Assembly: GCA_023458355.1 (NCBI GenBank)
Contig: JAEWZS010000041.1
Location: 1-37,970, forward strand
Direction: 5' to 3'
DNA length: 37,970 bases
Origin: Bacillota bacterium
GTDB lineage: Bacteria > Bacillota > Clostridia > Christensenellales > CAG-138
The notes below the pieces were generated by a model, which was given only the letters and a program-made list of their open reading frames with translations, was not told the DNA's origin and searched no databases. Numbering within the stretch: position 1 is the stretch's first letter; each line of letters starts with the position of its first letter. Positions 28,497 to 37,430 of this stretch are shown here, one piece after another. The translations under genes and the position numbers were made by a program.

Positions 28497-29606
28497 TTAT
28501 ATACCTAACTTCTGCTTCTTGTCATTTTTAATTTGATACATTTGTGCATCTGCTTCCATCATCGCAAGAGAATACTCCCTTTGTGAACCGCGAAATATGG
28601 AATATCCTGTTGATACCATCGGCACTGCATTTTGGTCCTTGCTGCTTTTTCTTATCTCGTCCAGCTTTATATGAAGCAAATCGATTGCTTCTTTAATTTG
28701 CTGTTCATTTGTGGTTCTGCATATAACGCAGAATTCGTCTCCGCCGACACGGTAGCAAAATCCTATATGCAAAAAACAATCTCGAATGAGCTTGCCGATA
28801 ATTTGAAGGCAAGAATCGCCCCATGGATGCCCGTGAATATCGTTGATTTTTTTGAAATCATCTAAGTCAAATACGATAACGCTGCCATTGGAGTGTCGAT
28901 TCAACTTTTGAATATGCTGTTCATATACATTTCGATTAAGCAATCCGCTTAGAGAATCCTGTGTTTCAGAAAGTTCGCAAAAATAAACATAATATAGGAA
29001 TAGACTCAATGTTATACATACCCAGGTAGTATGTATTTGAGGTAGTAAAACCTGTACGAGGGTTCCGCCGAGAGAAAAGATAACAAGCAGAATAAATGTG
29101 CTTTTTGCGTGGCGCTGAAAGTGCTTCATGGCATGGAAGGATTCAATAATCAATGCTACATATGCGCACATATAGGCAAATACATAAACGATAAACCACG
29201 GACCGCGCATGTAAATGCCATCATTGACCTGAAAGATCAATCCTGTCCATGGAGAACTTACGGTTAGAGCAAGGTTGACCCATGCAGGAATTGCCAGTAG
29301 TGTTCCGGTCTTGTATTTGTTTACAGGATAAGCTTTGGTCAAAAAAATCGCAATAAAGGGCGATAGAGAAAAGCCGATTACGTTTACAATATAAACAAAA
29401 ATGCTGTTCACTTTAGCAGCATTTTCAAAAACAACGCTGCCGGTTTCTGCTGCGATTACCATAATCGCTATAGAAGCAGCAATGGTAAAATGCTTCTTCA
29501 TCTCATGCGTTAACAAGACATTACGCCGGCACGCATGCATCACTATATAAAGGGATATGGCACAGATTATATTCACAGCTATATAATTGTAATGAAGCTC
29601 ATTCAT
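28497..29606 (-). CDS. Membrane-bound diguanylate cyclase (multi-TM N-terminal domain plus GGDEF)
   Basis: About 6-7 TM helices, then LSGLLNRNV...DLDDFKKIND...RVGGDEF with an intact GGDEF motif. Confidence 0.85.
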   Translation of the reverse strand: MNELHYNYIAVNIICAISLYIVMHACRRNVLLTHEMKKHFTIAASIAIMVIAAETGSVVFENAAKVNSIFVYIVNVIGFSLSPFIAIFLTKAYPVNKYKTGTLLAIPAWVNLALTVSSPWTGLIFQVNDGIYMRGPWFIVYVFAYMCAYVALIIESFHAMKHFQRHAKSTFILLVIFSLGGTLVQVLLPQIHTTWVCITLSLFLYYVYFCELSETQDSLSGLLNRNVYEQHIQKLNRHSNGSVIVFDLDDFKKINDIHGHPWGDSCLQIIGKLIRDCFLHIGFCYRVGGDEFCVICRTTNEQQIKEAIDLLHIKLDEIRKSSKDQNAVPMVSTGYSIFRGSQREYSLAMMEADAQMYQIKNDKKQKLGI

Positions 29607-30065
29607 ATTGTTCGGCGCTTTCTGTGAAATCGGTATCGGTTACAATAATAGCACAAAATTGCGTCACTATCCATAACTTCGTGATTTTTATAGGCCTTCG
29701 CAAAATACCCGGGGAAGGGAAACGTAATTGCCTGACCCTTTATTTTCATGCTCTACGCCGATGTATAGGAATTGTGATAAGTTGCATTCGCGTACGTCTT
29801 TTTTTGATTTAATGATAGATAGATATAGGATCAAGGAATAGTACTGTTATTATCGTAAAATGTTGAACTTCGTCGGATATTGAAATATACTATTACTATT
29901 AAATGGATAAATATGCGAAAAGTAAGATGTTTGTTTGATACGTACTGCAAAAAGATTCCCTGCTTGTAACGTCTGCGCACAAAAGTCGATCCTTATTGAT
30001 GTAGTTCATTGTTGAAAACCGTTTAGGGTTGTTAAATACGGATGGTTTGAATAAGAGGAATGCAT

Positions 30066-32942
30066 ATGAAAAAGAGTATTGCTCTTTTATCGGTTCTATT
30101 AATTATAATGAGCGCTATGACCTTCTCCTCCACTCGTGCTGAAGATAATCATATCAGTTGGACAGAAGAAGAGATTGCCTTCATGGAAGAGCACAAAGTA
30201 ATCCGCCTCGGTGTAGACCCGGGGTTTGTTCCGTTTGAATTCATCAATGAGGCCGGTGCGTATGAGGGAATAGCCGCCGACTATCTTTCCTTAATAAGTG
30301 AGATAACGGGCCTGCAGTTCGAAGTCGTGAGAGACCTAACATGGCCTGAAGTATATGATTTAGCATTGGCGGGAGATATAGATCTTCTGCCTGCTATAGG
30401 CAAAACAGATGAAAGAGAAGAGCATTTTCTATTTTCTGAACCGTATTACTACTTCAAAAGAGTTATTGTAACCAGAGATACGCAAACCGATATATCCAAA
30501 ATGGAAGATATGGAAGGACAAGTAGTTGCTGTCCAACGCAATAGCTCTCATCATGGTTACTTGTTATCCTATCCGAAAATAAATCTTAGTTTATATGATT
30601 CTGTCGAGGCAGCGCTTACAGCAGTTGCAACAGGATCAGAAAAGGCATTTGTCGGGAATCTGGCTACTACAAACTATCTGATTCGTTCTAACGGACTCAC
30701 GAATCTGAGATTCGTTGCATTCGAAGCCGAGAAGCAGCAAGCAATATATTTTGCTGTACGAAAAGACTGGCCCCAATTGATAAGCATTTTCAATAAAGCT
30801 ATAGGTACCATACCTGAGAGAGAAAAAATTGCCATCAATCAAAAATGGATTGATTTAGACACTGACATCGACTACGGCCCAATTGTACGACTCCTTACTA
30901 TCATCGGTACTTTTATTGTTGTAGTATTATCTGTCTCCTTCTTTTGGATTACCAAACTGCGTAAAGAGATTCGTCAAAGAAAACGAGTTCAAGAAGATTT
31001 GGAAAAAGCAAAACAAGAGGCGGTTGAAGCCAATGAATTTAAATCGGGTTTTATGGCGAGGATGTCACATGAAATCCGTACACCGCTGAACGCCATAACA
31101 GGAATGACATACCTGTTGAAGAAGTCAAACCTTTCTTTGACGCAGAAAATGTACGCCGACAGGATTACGCAGGCATCTTCCAATATGTTGAACATTATAA
31201 ATGACATTTTGGATTTTTCAAAGATTGAAGCCGGAAAAGTGGAGTTGGAGAAGGCCTCATTTAATATAGATCAAATCATTCAGGATGTTATCAATATTGT
31301 TTCATATAAAGTTGAAGCGCAAGAAATCAGCTTAAAGCTACTAAAAGACCCCCTTGTTCCAAATTGGTTTTTAGGAGATTCAAAGCGATTAGAACAAGTC
31401 CTCCTTAATGTGTTGAATAATGCGGTAAAGTTCACCATTAAGGGTGAAGTATCGTTAGATATTCGATTCATAGCTAAAGAGAACGATAAATATCATCTGT
31501 CATTTACAGTTAAAGATACCGGCACCGGGATGAACCAAAGGCAAGTAAAAGAAATCTTTAATCCTTTTACCCAGGGAGACAGCAGCATTAACCGCCGCTT
31601 TGGAGGATCCGGTCTGGGCTTGTCCATCGTTAAAAACCTTGTAGATTTGATGGATGGGCAAATACAAGTTTTCAGTACTGTTGGAGAAGGATCAACTTTT
31701 GTCATCCATTTACCGTTATATATCGATATAGAAAAAGAGGAAGTATACAAAAAAACACTGCATGTAGACACTCTCAAAAATATCAAAACGTTGGTTTTGG
31801 AGAAGGCAGAAACCAACATGAATCTAATTGACAGCTACCTCGTCGCTTTCGGCATGCATTGTGAGGTTACAACATCGGAAGCAAATGCGCGAAACATGCT
31901 ACAAGCAGCAGATGGTAAGCTGTCACCCCCCTTTGACTTGCTCATTGTTGATTATGAGACACCTGAAGAAGGTGGCTTCTCCTTTGTTGAAGCCGTTCGT
32001 AACAGCACGAACATTGTCAGAAAACCGAAATTTCTCATGCTACTGCCTATGATGAGGGAGGATTTATTTGACAGGCTCAGCGAACATGGGATAGATATCG
32101 GTATAGGAAAGCCAATTACTCCTTCACTCCTCCTTAACGGAATTTTGGATATCTTTCAGTTATATGCTGTATCAACGGCTTCACAACCTTGCGAAAATGA
32201 GAAAACCTATCCACTAAGTTTGGACAAAACCTATAATGTTTTGTTGGCTGAAGACAATGAAACCAATCAATTGATTGCGAAGTCTCTTTTGCGGCAGATT
32301 GGCATCAAAGCGATTGTGGCCTCTGACGGTAAGGAAGCAGTGGAACTTTATCATCAGCACAAACATAGAATTGCTTTAATTCTGATGGATCTCCATATGC
32401 CGGTAATGAACGGTTATGAAGCGGCGGAGGAGATTAGGAAAACTTCTAATATACCAATAGTCGCCATGACGGCTGATGTGATTTTAGGAGTCAAGGAGAA
32501 GTGTGCACGGAGCGGGATTTACTATTATATCAGCAAGCCTTTTGATCCCGATAAGTTTCTTCAGCAAGTACGAGATATTATATTAGAAAACGAAAATGAA
32601 CATTTGCATGAATCAACGATGCTCGATAAAACACAAGGGCTGAAAAACATGGGTGGAGACATGGATGTATATCGGCAGGTGCTTCATGAATACTACAATG
32701 AAAACCGGGACACCACGGATAAACTTCTACTTACAATCGACGAAAAACGTTACGACGATGCTGCACAGATCGTCCATAAGGTAAAGAGCAGTTCGGGAAG
32801 CATCGGTGCAAAATCATTGTACACGATGGCCATGACACTGCAGAAAGCTTTAAATGAGAAAAACGAAGGCGACATCGCACTTATGCAAAAGGACTTTACT
32901 CGAAAATTAAATAAGCTACTCATTGAGATTTCCGAGATTTGA
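30066..32942 (+). CDS. Hybrid sensor histidine kinase: periplasmic solute-binding (SBP_bac_3-like) domain, TM, HisKA, HATPase, pseudo-receiver, REC, HPt
   Basis: Signal peptide. H-box SHEIRTPLN, N-box NNAVKFT, G-boxes DTGTGM and GGSGLGLS. REC with LILMDLHMPVMNG. HPt HKVKSSSGSIGA. ATG 30066 is better spaced from AAGAGGA than ATG 30060. Confidence 0.9.
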   Translation: MKKSIALLSVLLIIMSAMTFSSTRAEDNHISWTEEEIAFMEEHKVIRLGVDPGFVPFEFINEAGAYEGIAADYLSLISEITGLQFEVVRDLTWPEVYDLALAGDIDLLPAIGKTDEREEHFLFSEPYYYFKRVIVTRDTQTDISKMEDMEGQVVAVQRNSSHHGYLLSYPKINLSLYDSVEAALTAVATGSEKAFVGNLATTNYLIRSNGLTNLRFVAFEAEKQQAIYFAVRKDWPQLISIFNKAIGTIPEREKIAINQKWIDLDTDIDYGPIVRLLTIIGTFIVVVLSVSFFWITKLRKEIRQRKRVQEDLEKAKQEAVEANEFKSGFMARMSHEIRTPLNAITGMTYLLKKSNLSLTQKMYADRITQASSNMLNIINDILDFSKIEAGKVELEKASFNIDQIIQDVINIVSYKVEAQEISLKLLKDPLVPNWFLGDSKRLEQVLLNVLNNAVKFTIKGEVSLDIRFIAKENDKYHLSFTVKDTGTGMNQRQVKEIFNPFTQGDSSINRRFGGSGLGLSIVKNLVDLMDGQIQVFSTVGEGSTFVIHLPLYIDIEKEEVYKKTLHVDTLKNIKTLVLEKAETNMNLIDSYLVAFGMHCEVTTSEANARNMLQAADGKLSPPFDLLIVDYETPEEGGFSFVEAVRNSTNIVRKPKFLMLLPMMREDLFDRLSEHGIDIGIGKPITPSLLLNGILDIFQLYAVSTASQPCENEKTYPLSLDKTYNVLLAEDNETNQLIAKSLLRQIGIKAIVASDGKEAVELYHQHKHRIALILMDLHMPVMNGYEAAEEIRKTSNIPIVAMTADVILGVKEKCARSGIYYYISKPFDPDKFLQQVRDIILENENEHLHESTMLDKTQGLKNMGGDMDVYRQVLHEYYNENRDTTDKLLLTIDEKRYDDAAQIVHKVKSSSGSIGAKSLYTMAMTLQKALNEKNEGDIALMQKDFTRKLNKLLIEISEI

Positions 32943-33006
32943 GTACTGAAAGAATTAGATTTATATAATTTCTTTTATAATCCCAATAGCACGAGGAGGA
33001 TCAAAT

Positions 33007-35514
33007 ATGTGCGTAAAAATTCTGCTGGTAGATGATTCTGCAACAGATCGAAAAATAATCCAAAGTATGCTTGTCGGGTACAATGTGCTGCTCGCAGAAG
33101 ATGGACTTGAAGCGCTGCGTATTATCGAATCCAACCCTGATATTGACTTAATGATCCTCGATCTAAATATGCCAAACATGGATGGTTTTGAGGTCCTAAA
33201 TGTATTGCAATCAGATGACCGGTTTAAGATGCTGCGCACCATAATCCTGACCAATTACGACGAACTGGATAATGAAATCAAAGGTCTCCAGTTTGGTGCG
33301 GTGGATTATATTAGAAAGCCGGTTCATATGGCTTCCTTAAGGGCACGAATAGATGTACATGTTGAACTGCTTTACGCTCACCGTGCATTGGAGCGGCGAT
33401 TTCAAGAACAGGCTGTAACCTATGAAGCGATCTTTAACCAGATGCCGGTTGGGATAGCTATCTCTTACGGCAAAGAGCCGAATGCTGCAACTACGAATAA
33501 GTACTTCAGCATCAATCCGGCATTCGAGAAGCTGACAGGAAGATCAAAAGAAGAACTTCTACTGGTAGGTTGGGCTGCAATAACACATCCGGATGATTTA
33601 AACGAGGATATGCTTAAGTATGAACAACTCCGAGCCGGTAAAATAACCGGCTACGAAATGGATAAGCGGTTTATCAGGCCGGATGGTTCAGTCGTTTGGG
33701 TACATTTGCTGACCGCATCACTTGCTTTATCTCAAAGCCATGAATTTAACCACATTGCTTTGTTTAGAGATATAACCGAAAGCAAAATCATTGAGGAAAA
33801 GCTTATTGAAAGCGAACGCAGCAAATCAGTCCTTTTAGCCAGTCTTCCGGGCATGGCTTATAGATGTAAGTACGATCGCAATTGGACGATGCAGTTTGCT
33901 TCTGCGGGTTGTTTACCGCTGACCGGATATACGCCTGATAATATTATTAATAACAAAGATCTTTCGTTTAATGATCTGATCACACCAGAATACCGCGAAG
34001 CTCTTTGGAAAGAATGGGAGTATGTTCTTTCCAACAGACTGCCTTTTAAATATGAATATGAAATCACGACAGCTTCAGGTGAGCGTAAATGGGTCCTTGA
34101 GATGGGACAAGGGGTATATAACGAAGCAGGTGAAGTTGAAGCACTCGAAGGAATAGTACTCGATATATCCGAAAGAAAAGAAATGGAGAGCAATCTCAGA
34201 TACATAAATGAACATGATGGCTTGACAGGCTTATATAATCGCGACTACCTGGAAACCTTGTTAAAGCACGACGCCCGTAAACATGCTGCCAAGAAAAGCG
34301 CGCTCATCAGCGTTAACTTGACTGCTGTTCAGGCATTAATTGCGAGCCACGGATATCATTATACGCAAGTTCTCATAAAAAAAGCTGCTGATGCATTGGC
34401 TCAGTGTTGCATGGACCCATTTATGTTATTTAAAACGAACGAAAATCAGTTTGTGCTATATATACGTGATTATGAGGATAAGAAAGCGTTAATCGATTTA
34501 AGTGAATCTATTGCATGCAAACTGAGGTTGTTGTTTATTTCAGACCGCGTTGGCGTAGGGATTGGAATTCTAGAAATTGAACAGGAGTTTGAGCCGAATA
34601 CCGATTTGCTTTTGAGAAGGCTTTTAATTGCATCTGAAAGGTCGGTTAATATCTTCGATATTGATTTTAAAGCATGTTTTTATGATAAGCAATTAGAAGC
34701 TCTGGTTAACCGTGAGGCGGAAATTAGGCAGGAACTCTCAAGAATTGCTATTAGTAATGATGATGAAGAATTGTTTTTGCAGTTTCAACCGATTTTAGAT
34801 CTGAAGTCAAATACTGTCTGTGCATTTGAGGCTTTGGCGAGGCTAAAGACAGAGAAGCTTGGATTGGTGTCACCGGGAGAATTTATTCCTATTGCTGAGA
34901 AAACCGAGCTCATTATCCCGATAGGCGAAAAAATATTTATCAAAGCGTTTCTTTTTTTAAACAGATTGAAGGAGAGAGGAATCGAATCGGTACATGTTAC
35001 AATCAACGTATCGGGTATTCAGCTGTTAAGTCCCAGCTTTACAGACAGACTGCTTGAATTGATTCATGAAATGCATGTTAATCCACATACAATCGGCATT
35101 GAGATAACAGAATCGGTATTTGCTTCCGATTATGGTTATATGAACAGCATTATCAGCAAGCTCAGGGATGCCGGACTTTATATAGCCATAGATGACTTTG
35201 GGACAGGCTATTCTTCCATGACCAGGGTGAATGAGTTAAACGTTAACTGCCTGAAGATTGACAAGTATTTTATAGACAAGATATTAAAGGTTAACTCCGA
35301 TAAAGCAATTACCCGCGATATTATTTCCATGGCACATAGACTTGGGCACTGTACAATAGCTGAAGGCGTGGAACTAGAAGAGCAAAAGCAGTATTTATTG
35401 GAAAATGGGTGCGATAAGATCCAAGGGTTTTTGATTGCCAGACCTCTTGATGAAGAGGCGGCTATGGAGTTAATGGATAAGCAAGATAAAATTCTGTCTG
35501 AGCTATTAAGTTAG
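33007..35514 (+). CDS. Response regulator with REC-PAS-PAS-degenerate GGDEF-EAL (probable c-di-GMP phosphodiesterase)
   Basis: REC has LLVDDS and MILDLNMPNMDG. The GGDEF position reads NENQF. The EAL domain is intact: FEALARL, DDFGTGYSS, EGVE and QGF. AGGAGG lies upstream of the start. Confidence 0.9.
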   Translation: MCVKILLVDDSATDRKIIQSMLVGYNVLLAEDGLEALRIIESNPDIDLMILDLNMPNMDGFEVLNVLQSDDRFKMLRTIILTNYDELDNEIKGLQFGAVDYIRKPVHMASLRARIDVHVELLYAHRALERRFQEQAVTYEAIFNQMPVGIAISYGKEPNAATTNKYFSINPAFEKLTGRSKEELLLVGWAAITHPDDLNEDMLKYEQLRAGKITGYEMDKRFIRPDGSVVWVHLLTASLALSQSHEFNHIALFRDITESKIIEEKLIESERSKSVLLASLPGMAYRCKYDRNWTMQFASAGCLPLTGYTPDNIINNKDLSFNDLITPEYREALWKEWEYVLSNRLPFKYEYEITTASGERKWVLEMGQGVYNEAGEVEALEGIVLDISERKEMESNLRYINEHDGLTGLYNRDYLETLLKHDARKHAAKKSALISVNLTAVQALIASHGYHYTQVLIKKAADALAQCCMDPFMLFKTNENQFVLYIRDYEDKKALIDLSESIACKLRLLFISDRVGVGIGILEIEQEFEPNTDLLLRRLLIASERSVNIFDIDFKACFYDKQLEALVNREAEIRQELSRIAISNDDEELFLQFQPILDLKSNTVCAFEALARLKTEKLGLVSPGEFIPIAEKTELIIPIGEKIFIKAFLFLNRLKERGIESVHVTINVSGIQLLSPSFTDRLLELIHEMHVNPHTIGIEITESVFASDYGYMNSIISKLRDAGLYIAIDDFGTGYSSMTRVNELNVNCLKIDKYFIDKILKVNSDKAITRDIISMAHRLGHCTIAEGVELEEQKQYLLENGCDKIQGFLIARPLDEEAAMELMDKQDKILSELLS

Positions 35515-35553
35515 GCTAAGTTTATGGTAGCTGCAATAGGTAACGCTCATTTA

Positions 35554-35583
35554 AGCGCTCCTCCGAAATTCGGGAGGAGCGCT
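35554..35583 (+). terminator. Strong GC hairpin after the EAL gene (no clear U-run)
   Basis: AGCGCTCCTCC...GGAGGAGCGCT forms an 11-bp perfect stem, plus an inner CCGA/TCGG with one bulge. It is followed by GCTGGTTG. Confidence 0.45.
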
Positions 35584-35604
35584 GCTGGTTGAACCATAGA
35601 TTAT

Positions 35605-36009
35605 ATGAAAAATACTAAATATCCTTCACAAATCTCTTTTCACCCAAGTTCCGTCTATATGAAGAACTCTGCAAAGAATTATCAGGAATTTATCGATGCG
35701 ATATTCCATAAAAGAGCCGCCCAAATCCCCGAACAGCTGTTGCTCTCTAAAAGAGAAATCGCAGCGGTGCCGCAGGAATGTGGTTTATCCAAGAACATAT
35801 CGAGGACTTTGCCGTTATCTTTGACTCGCAATTCGGTATACGCGTAGCTTCAGCCCGCCAACGTCGTCGAAAAAAAGGAAATTGTGATACGCATATCCGA
35901 TGTGGTAACCAAGGTTGACCGGGAGCGGAGTAACCTTATCGACACACCGGTAACTCGAGATAAACTGAATTATAATGCAACTTGTAAAACAATCCTGCAC
36001 GGGATATAA
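35605..36009 (+). pseudogene. Possible gene remnant: a 134-codon frame interrupted by one in-frame TAG (35845-35847)
   Basis: The 80-aa ORF (35605-35847) continues in the same frame for 53 more sense codons to TAA at 36007-36009. There is no SD before the ATG. The region is AT-rich, so long open frames are unlikely by chance. Confidence 0.3.
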
Positions 36010-36010
36010 T
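35982..36010 (+). promoter_or_regulatory. Candidate promoter for the corA leader
   Basis: TTGTAA (35982-35987), a 17-nt spacer, then TATAAT (36005-36010). Confidence 0.55.
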
Positions 36011-36032
36011 CATGTTGAAAGGATGTGATTGC

Positions 36033-36092
36033 ATGGAACCTGGGCCTAGTACCGACATTCACCTATGCAATTTGATTAATTTAATGAGCTAA
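36033..36092 (+). CDS. Candidate 19-aa leader peptide upstream of corA (MEPGPSTDIHLCNLINLMS)
   Basis: GAAAGGATGTGA (36017-36028) matches the canonical Gram-positive SD GAAAGGAGGTGA at 11 of 12 positions, with a 7-nt gap before ATG 36033. TAA at 36090-36092. It is too short for the supplied ORF track. Confidence 0.4.
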   Translation: MEPGPSTDIHLCNLINLMS

Positions 36093-36138
36093 CACTGTGC
36101 TCTTTGCGGCACGGTGCCGCGAAAGGACGGTGTTTTAT

Positions 36139-37083
36139 ATGGTCCATTACTATCTAACTGAAAAAGATCAATTACGGGAACTTACTTCCCTTCAGCAGGG
36201 CTGTTGGGTTTCGTTGGTCGCTCCAACCGAAGGAGAACTGCAGCTGATTTCCGGGCAATGTTCGTTGGATATAGATGTGTTGAGGGCAGCGCTTGATACG
36301 GATGAACGTTCCCGTATCGATACAGATGAAGGCTATTCCATGATCCTTGTGAACATTCCTACCGTGGAGGAGCAAAGCGACAAGGAACTTTACAGCACGA
36401 TTCCTTTTTCCATCCTGCTGGCTCGCGACACAATCATTACGGTATGCAGCGAGGATTCGCCGGTCATAAGAGCCTTTGAGCAGGGCAAAGTCAGGGAATT
36501 CAGCACAAAAATGAAATCCCGCTTTATTTTGCAGTTTTTGTACAAGATTGCTGCGCTGTATCTGCAGTACTTGCGTAATGTCGATAAGAAGAGTGAAGAG
36601 GTGGAGGCAAAATTACATAAATCTACCCAAAACAGAGAACTGATTGAACTGTTGAAACTCGAGAAGAGCCTTGTGTACTTCACAACAGCCTTGCGCTCCA
36701 ATGAAGCGGTTTTGGAAAAATTGTTACGCGCCGAACTGATAAAAAAGTATCCCGAGGATGCGGAACTTCTTGAAGACGTCATCGTGGAAAACAAGCAGGC
36801 TATTGAGATGGCAAACATCTACAGCGGAATTCTTAGCGGAATGATGGATGCTTTTGCTTCCGTAATCTCCAACAATTTGAATATCGTTATGAAGGTGCTT
36901 GCTATCATAACAATCGTAATGGCGATTCCCACAATGATTTTCAGCGCTTACGGAATGAACGTCAATATGTCGGGAATGCCCTTCACCCAAAGCGTATGGG
37001 CTTTCCCAATAATTATAGTTATTTCTGTGGCGCTTAGCTTAACGGCTATTCTGGTTATTAACAAAATAAAGATGTTTAAATAA
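36139..37083 (+). CDS. corA: CorA family magnesium/cobalt transporter
   Basis: I chose the start at MVHYYLTEKD. The C-terminus has two TM helices with the YGMN motif (SAYGMNVNM). Confidence 0.85.
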   Translation: MVHYYLTEKDQLRELTSLQQGCWVSLVAPTEGELQLISGQCSLDIDVLRAALDTDERSRIDTDEGYSMILVNIPTVEEQSDKELYSTIPFSILLARDTIITVCSEDSPVIRAFEQGKVREFSTKMKSRFILQFLYKIAALYLQYLRNVDKKSEEVEAKLHKSTQNRELIELLKLEKSLVYFTTALRSNEAVLEKLLRAELIKKYPEDAELLEDVIVENKQAIEMANIYSGILSGMMDAFASVISNNLNIVMKVLAIITIVMAIPTMIFSAYGMNVNMSGMPFTQSVWAFPIIIVISVALSLTAILVINKIKMFK

Positions 37084-37372
37084 GAAAGCGCGGCCTAAAG
37101 CCGATACCTAAGTAATCTGACGGTATGTAGTAGCAGGTATAGGATGAGATTTTAGCTTGTTTGAAGAAACTTAATGGTGGTTAAGAGAAATATTCGATGT
37201 AGAGAGGCGGTCATATACCACCTCTCTACGTCGTTTAGGAAAGTCTTGTTTCAGGCGCAAAATAGTAAAAAGAAAAATTTCACCTCACATGGATAGACCA
37301 TTATTCATTTTTATTGCAAAGGCAGTCACAAAACACAAGTAATTTTGACTTGATCACCGGATCGTCAGTTGA

Positions 37373-37401
37373 TTGACCTTTTGCTACCATATTGGTATAA
37401 T
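37373..37401 (+). promoter_or_regulatory. Promoter for the mgtA leader
   Basis: TTGACC (37373-37378), a 17-nt spacer, then TATAAT (37396-37401). Confidence 0.7.
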
Positions 37402-37430
37402 TACGTTGCTAATTGAAAGGAAGTGAGACA

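Noticed and set aside
29603-29749. A 48-codon minus-strand uORF (MKIKGQAITFPFPGYFAKAYKNHEVMDSDAILCYYCNRYRFHRKRRTI) has a TGA that overlaps the diguanylate cyclase ATG in an ATGA arrangement, suggestive of translational coupling.
   Set aside because: There is no recognisable SD before its ATG. The region is AT-poor in stops only over a short span, and 48 codons can arise by chance. It is worth a look only if ribosome profiling data exist.
29624-29812. A 62-aa plus-strand ORF in the long AT-rich spacer between the cyclase and the kinase genes.
   Set aside because: It has a non-ATG start, no SD, and a hydrophobic or odd composition. It lies in a divergent promoter region and is likely spurious.
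35845-35847. The in-frame TAG could be read as pyrrolysine or another recoding event.
   Set aside because: There are no pyl genes or PYLIS-like context in the window, and the ORF lacks an SD. A nonsense mutation in a decaying gene is the simpler explanation.
37174-37296. A 40-codon ORF (MVVKRNIRCREAVIYHLSTSFRKVLFQAQNSKKKNFTSHG) lies downstream of corA. It overlaps a 9-bp hairpin, GTAGAGAGG...CCTCTCTAC (37199-37229).
   Set aside because: It has no SD. The hairpin is more simply explained as a corA 3' stabiliser or weak terminator, and the peptide is unremarkable.
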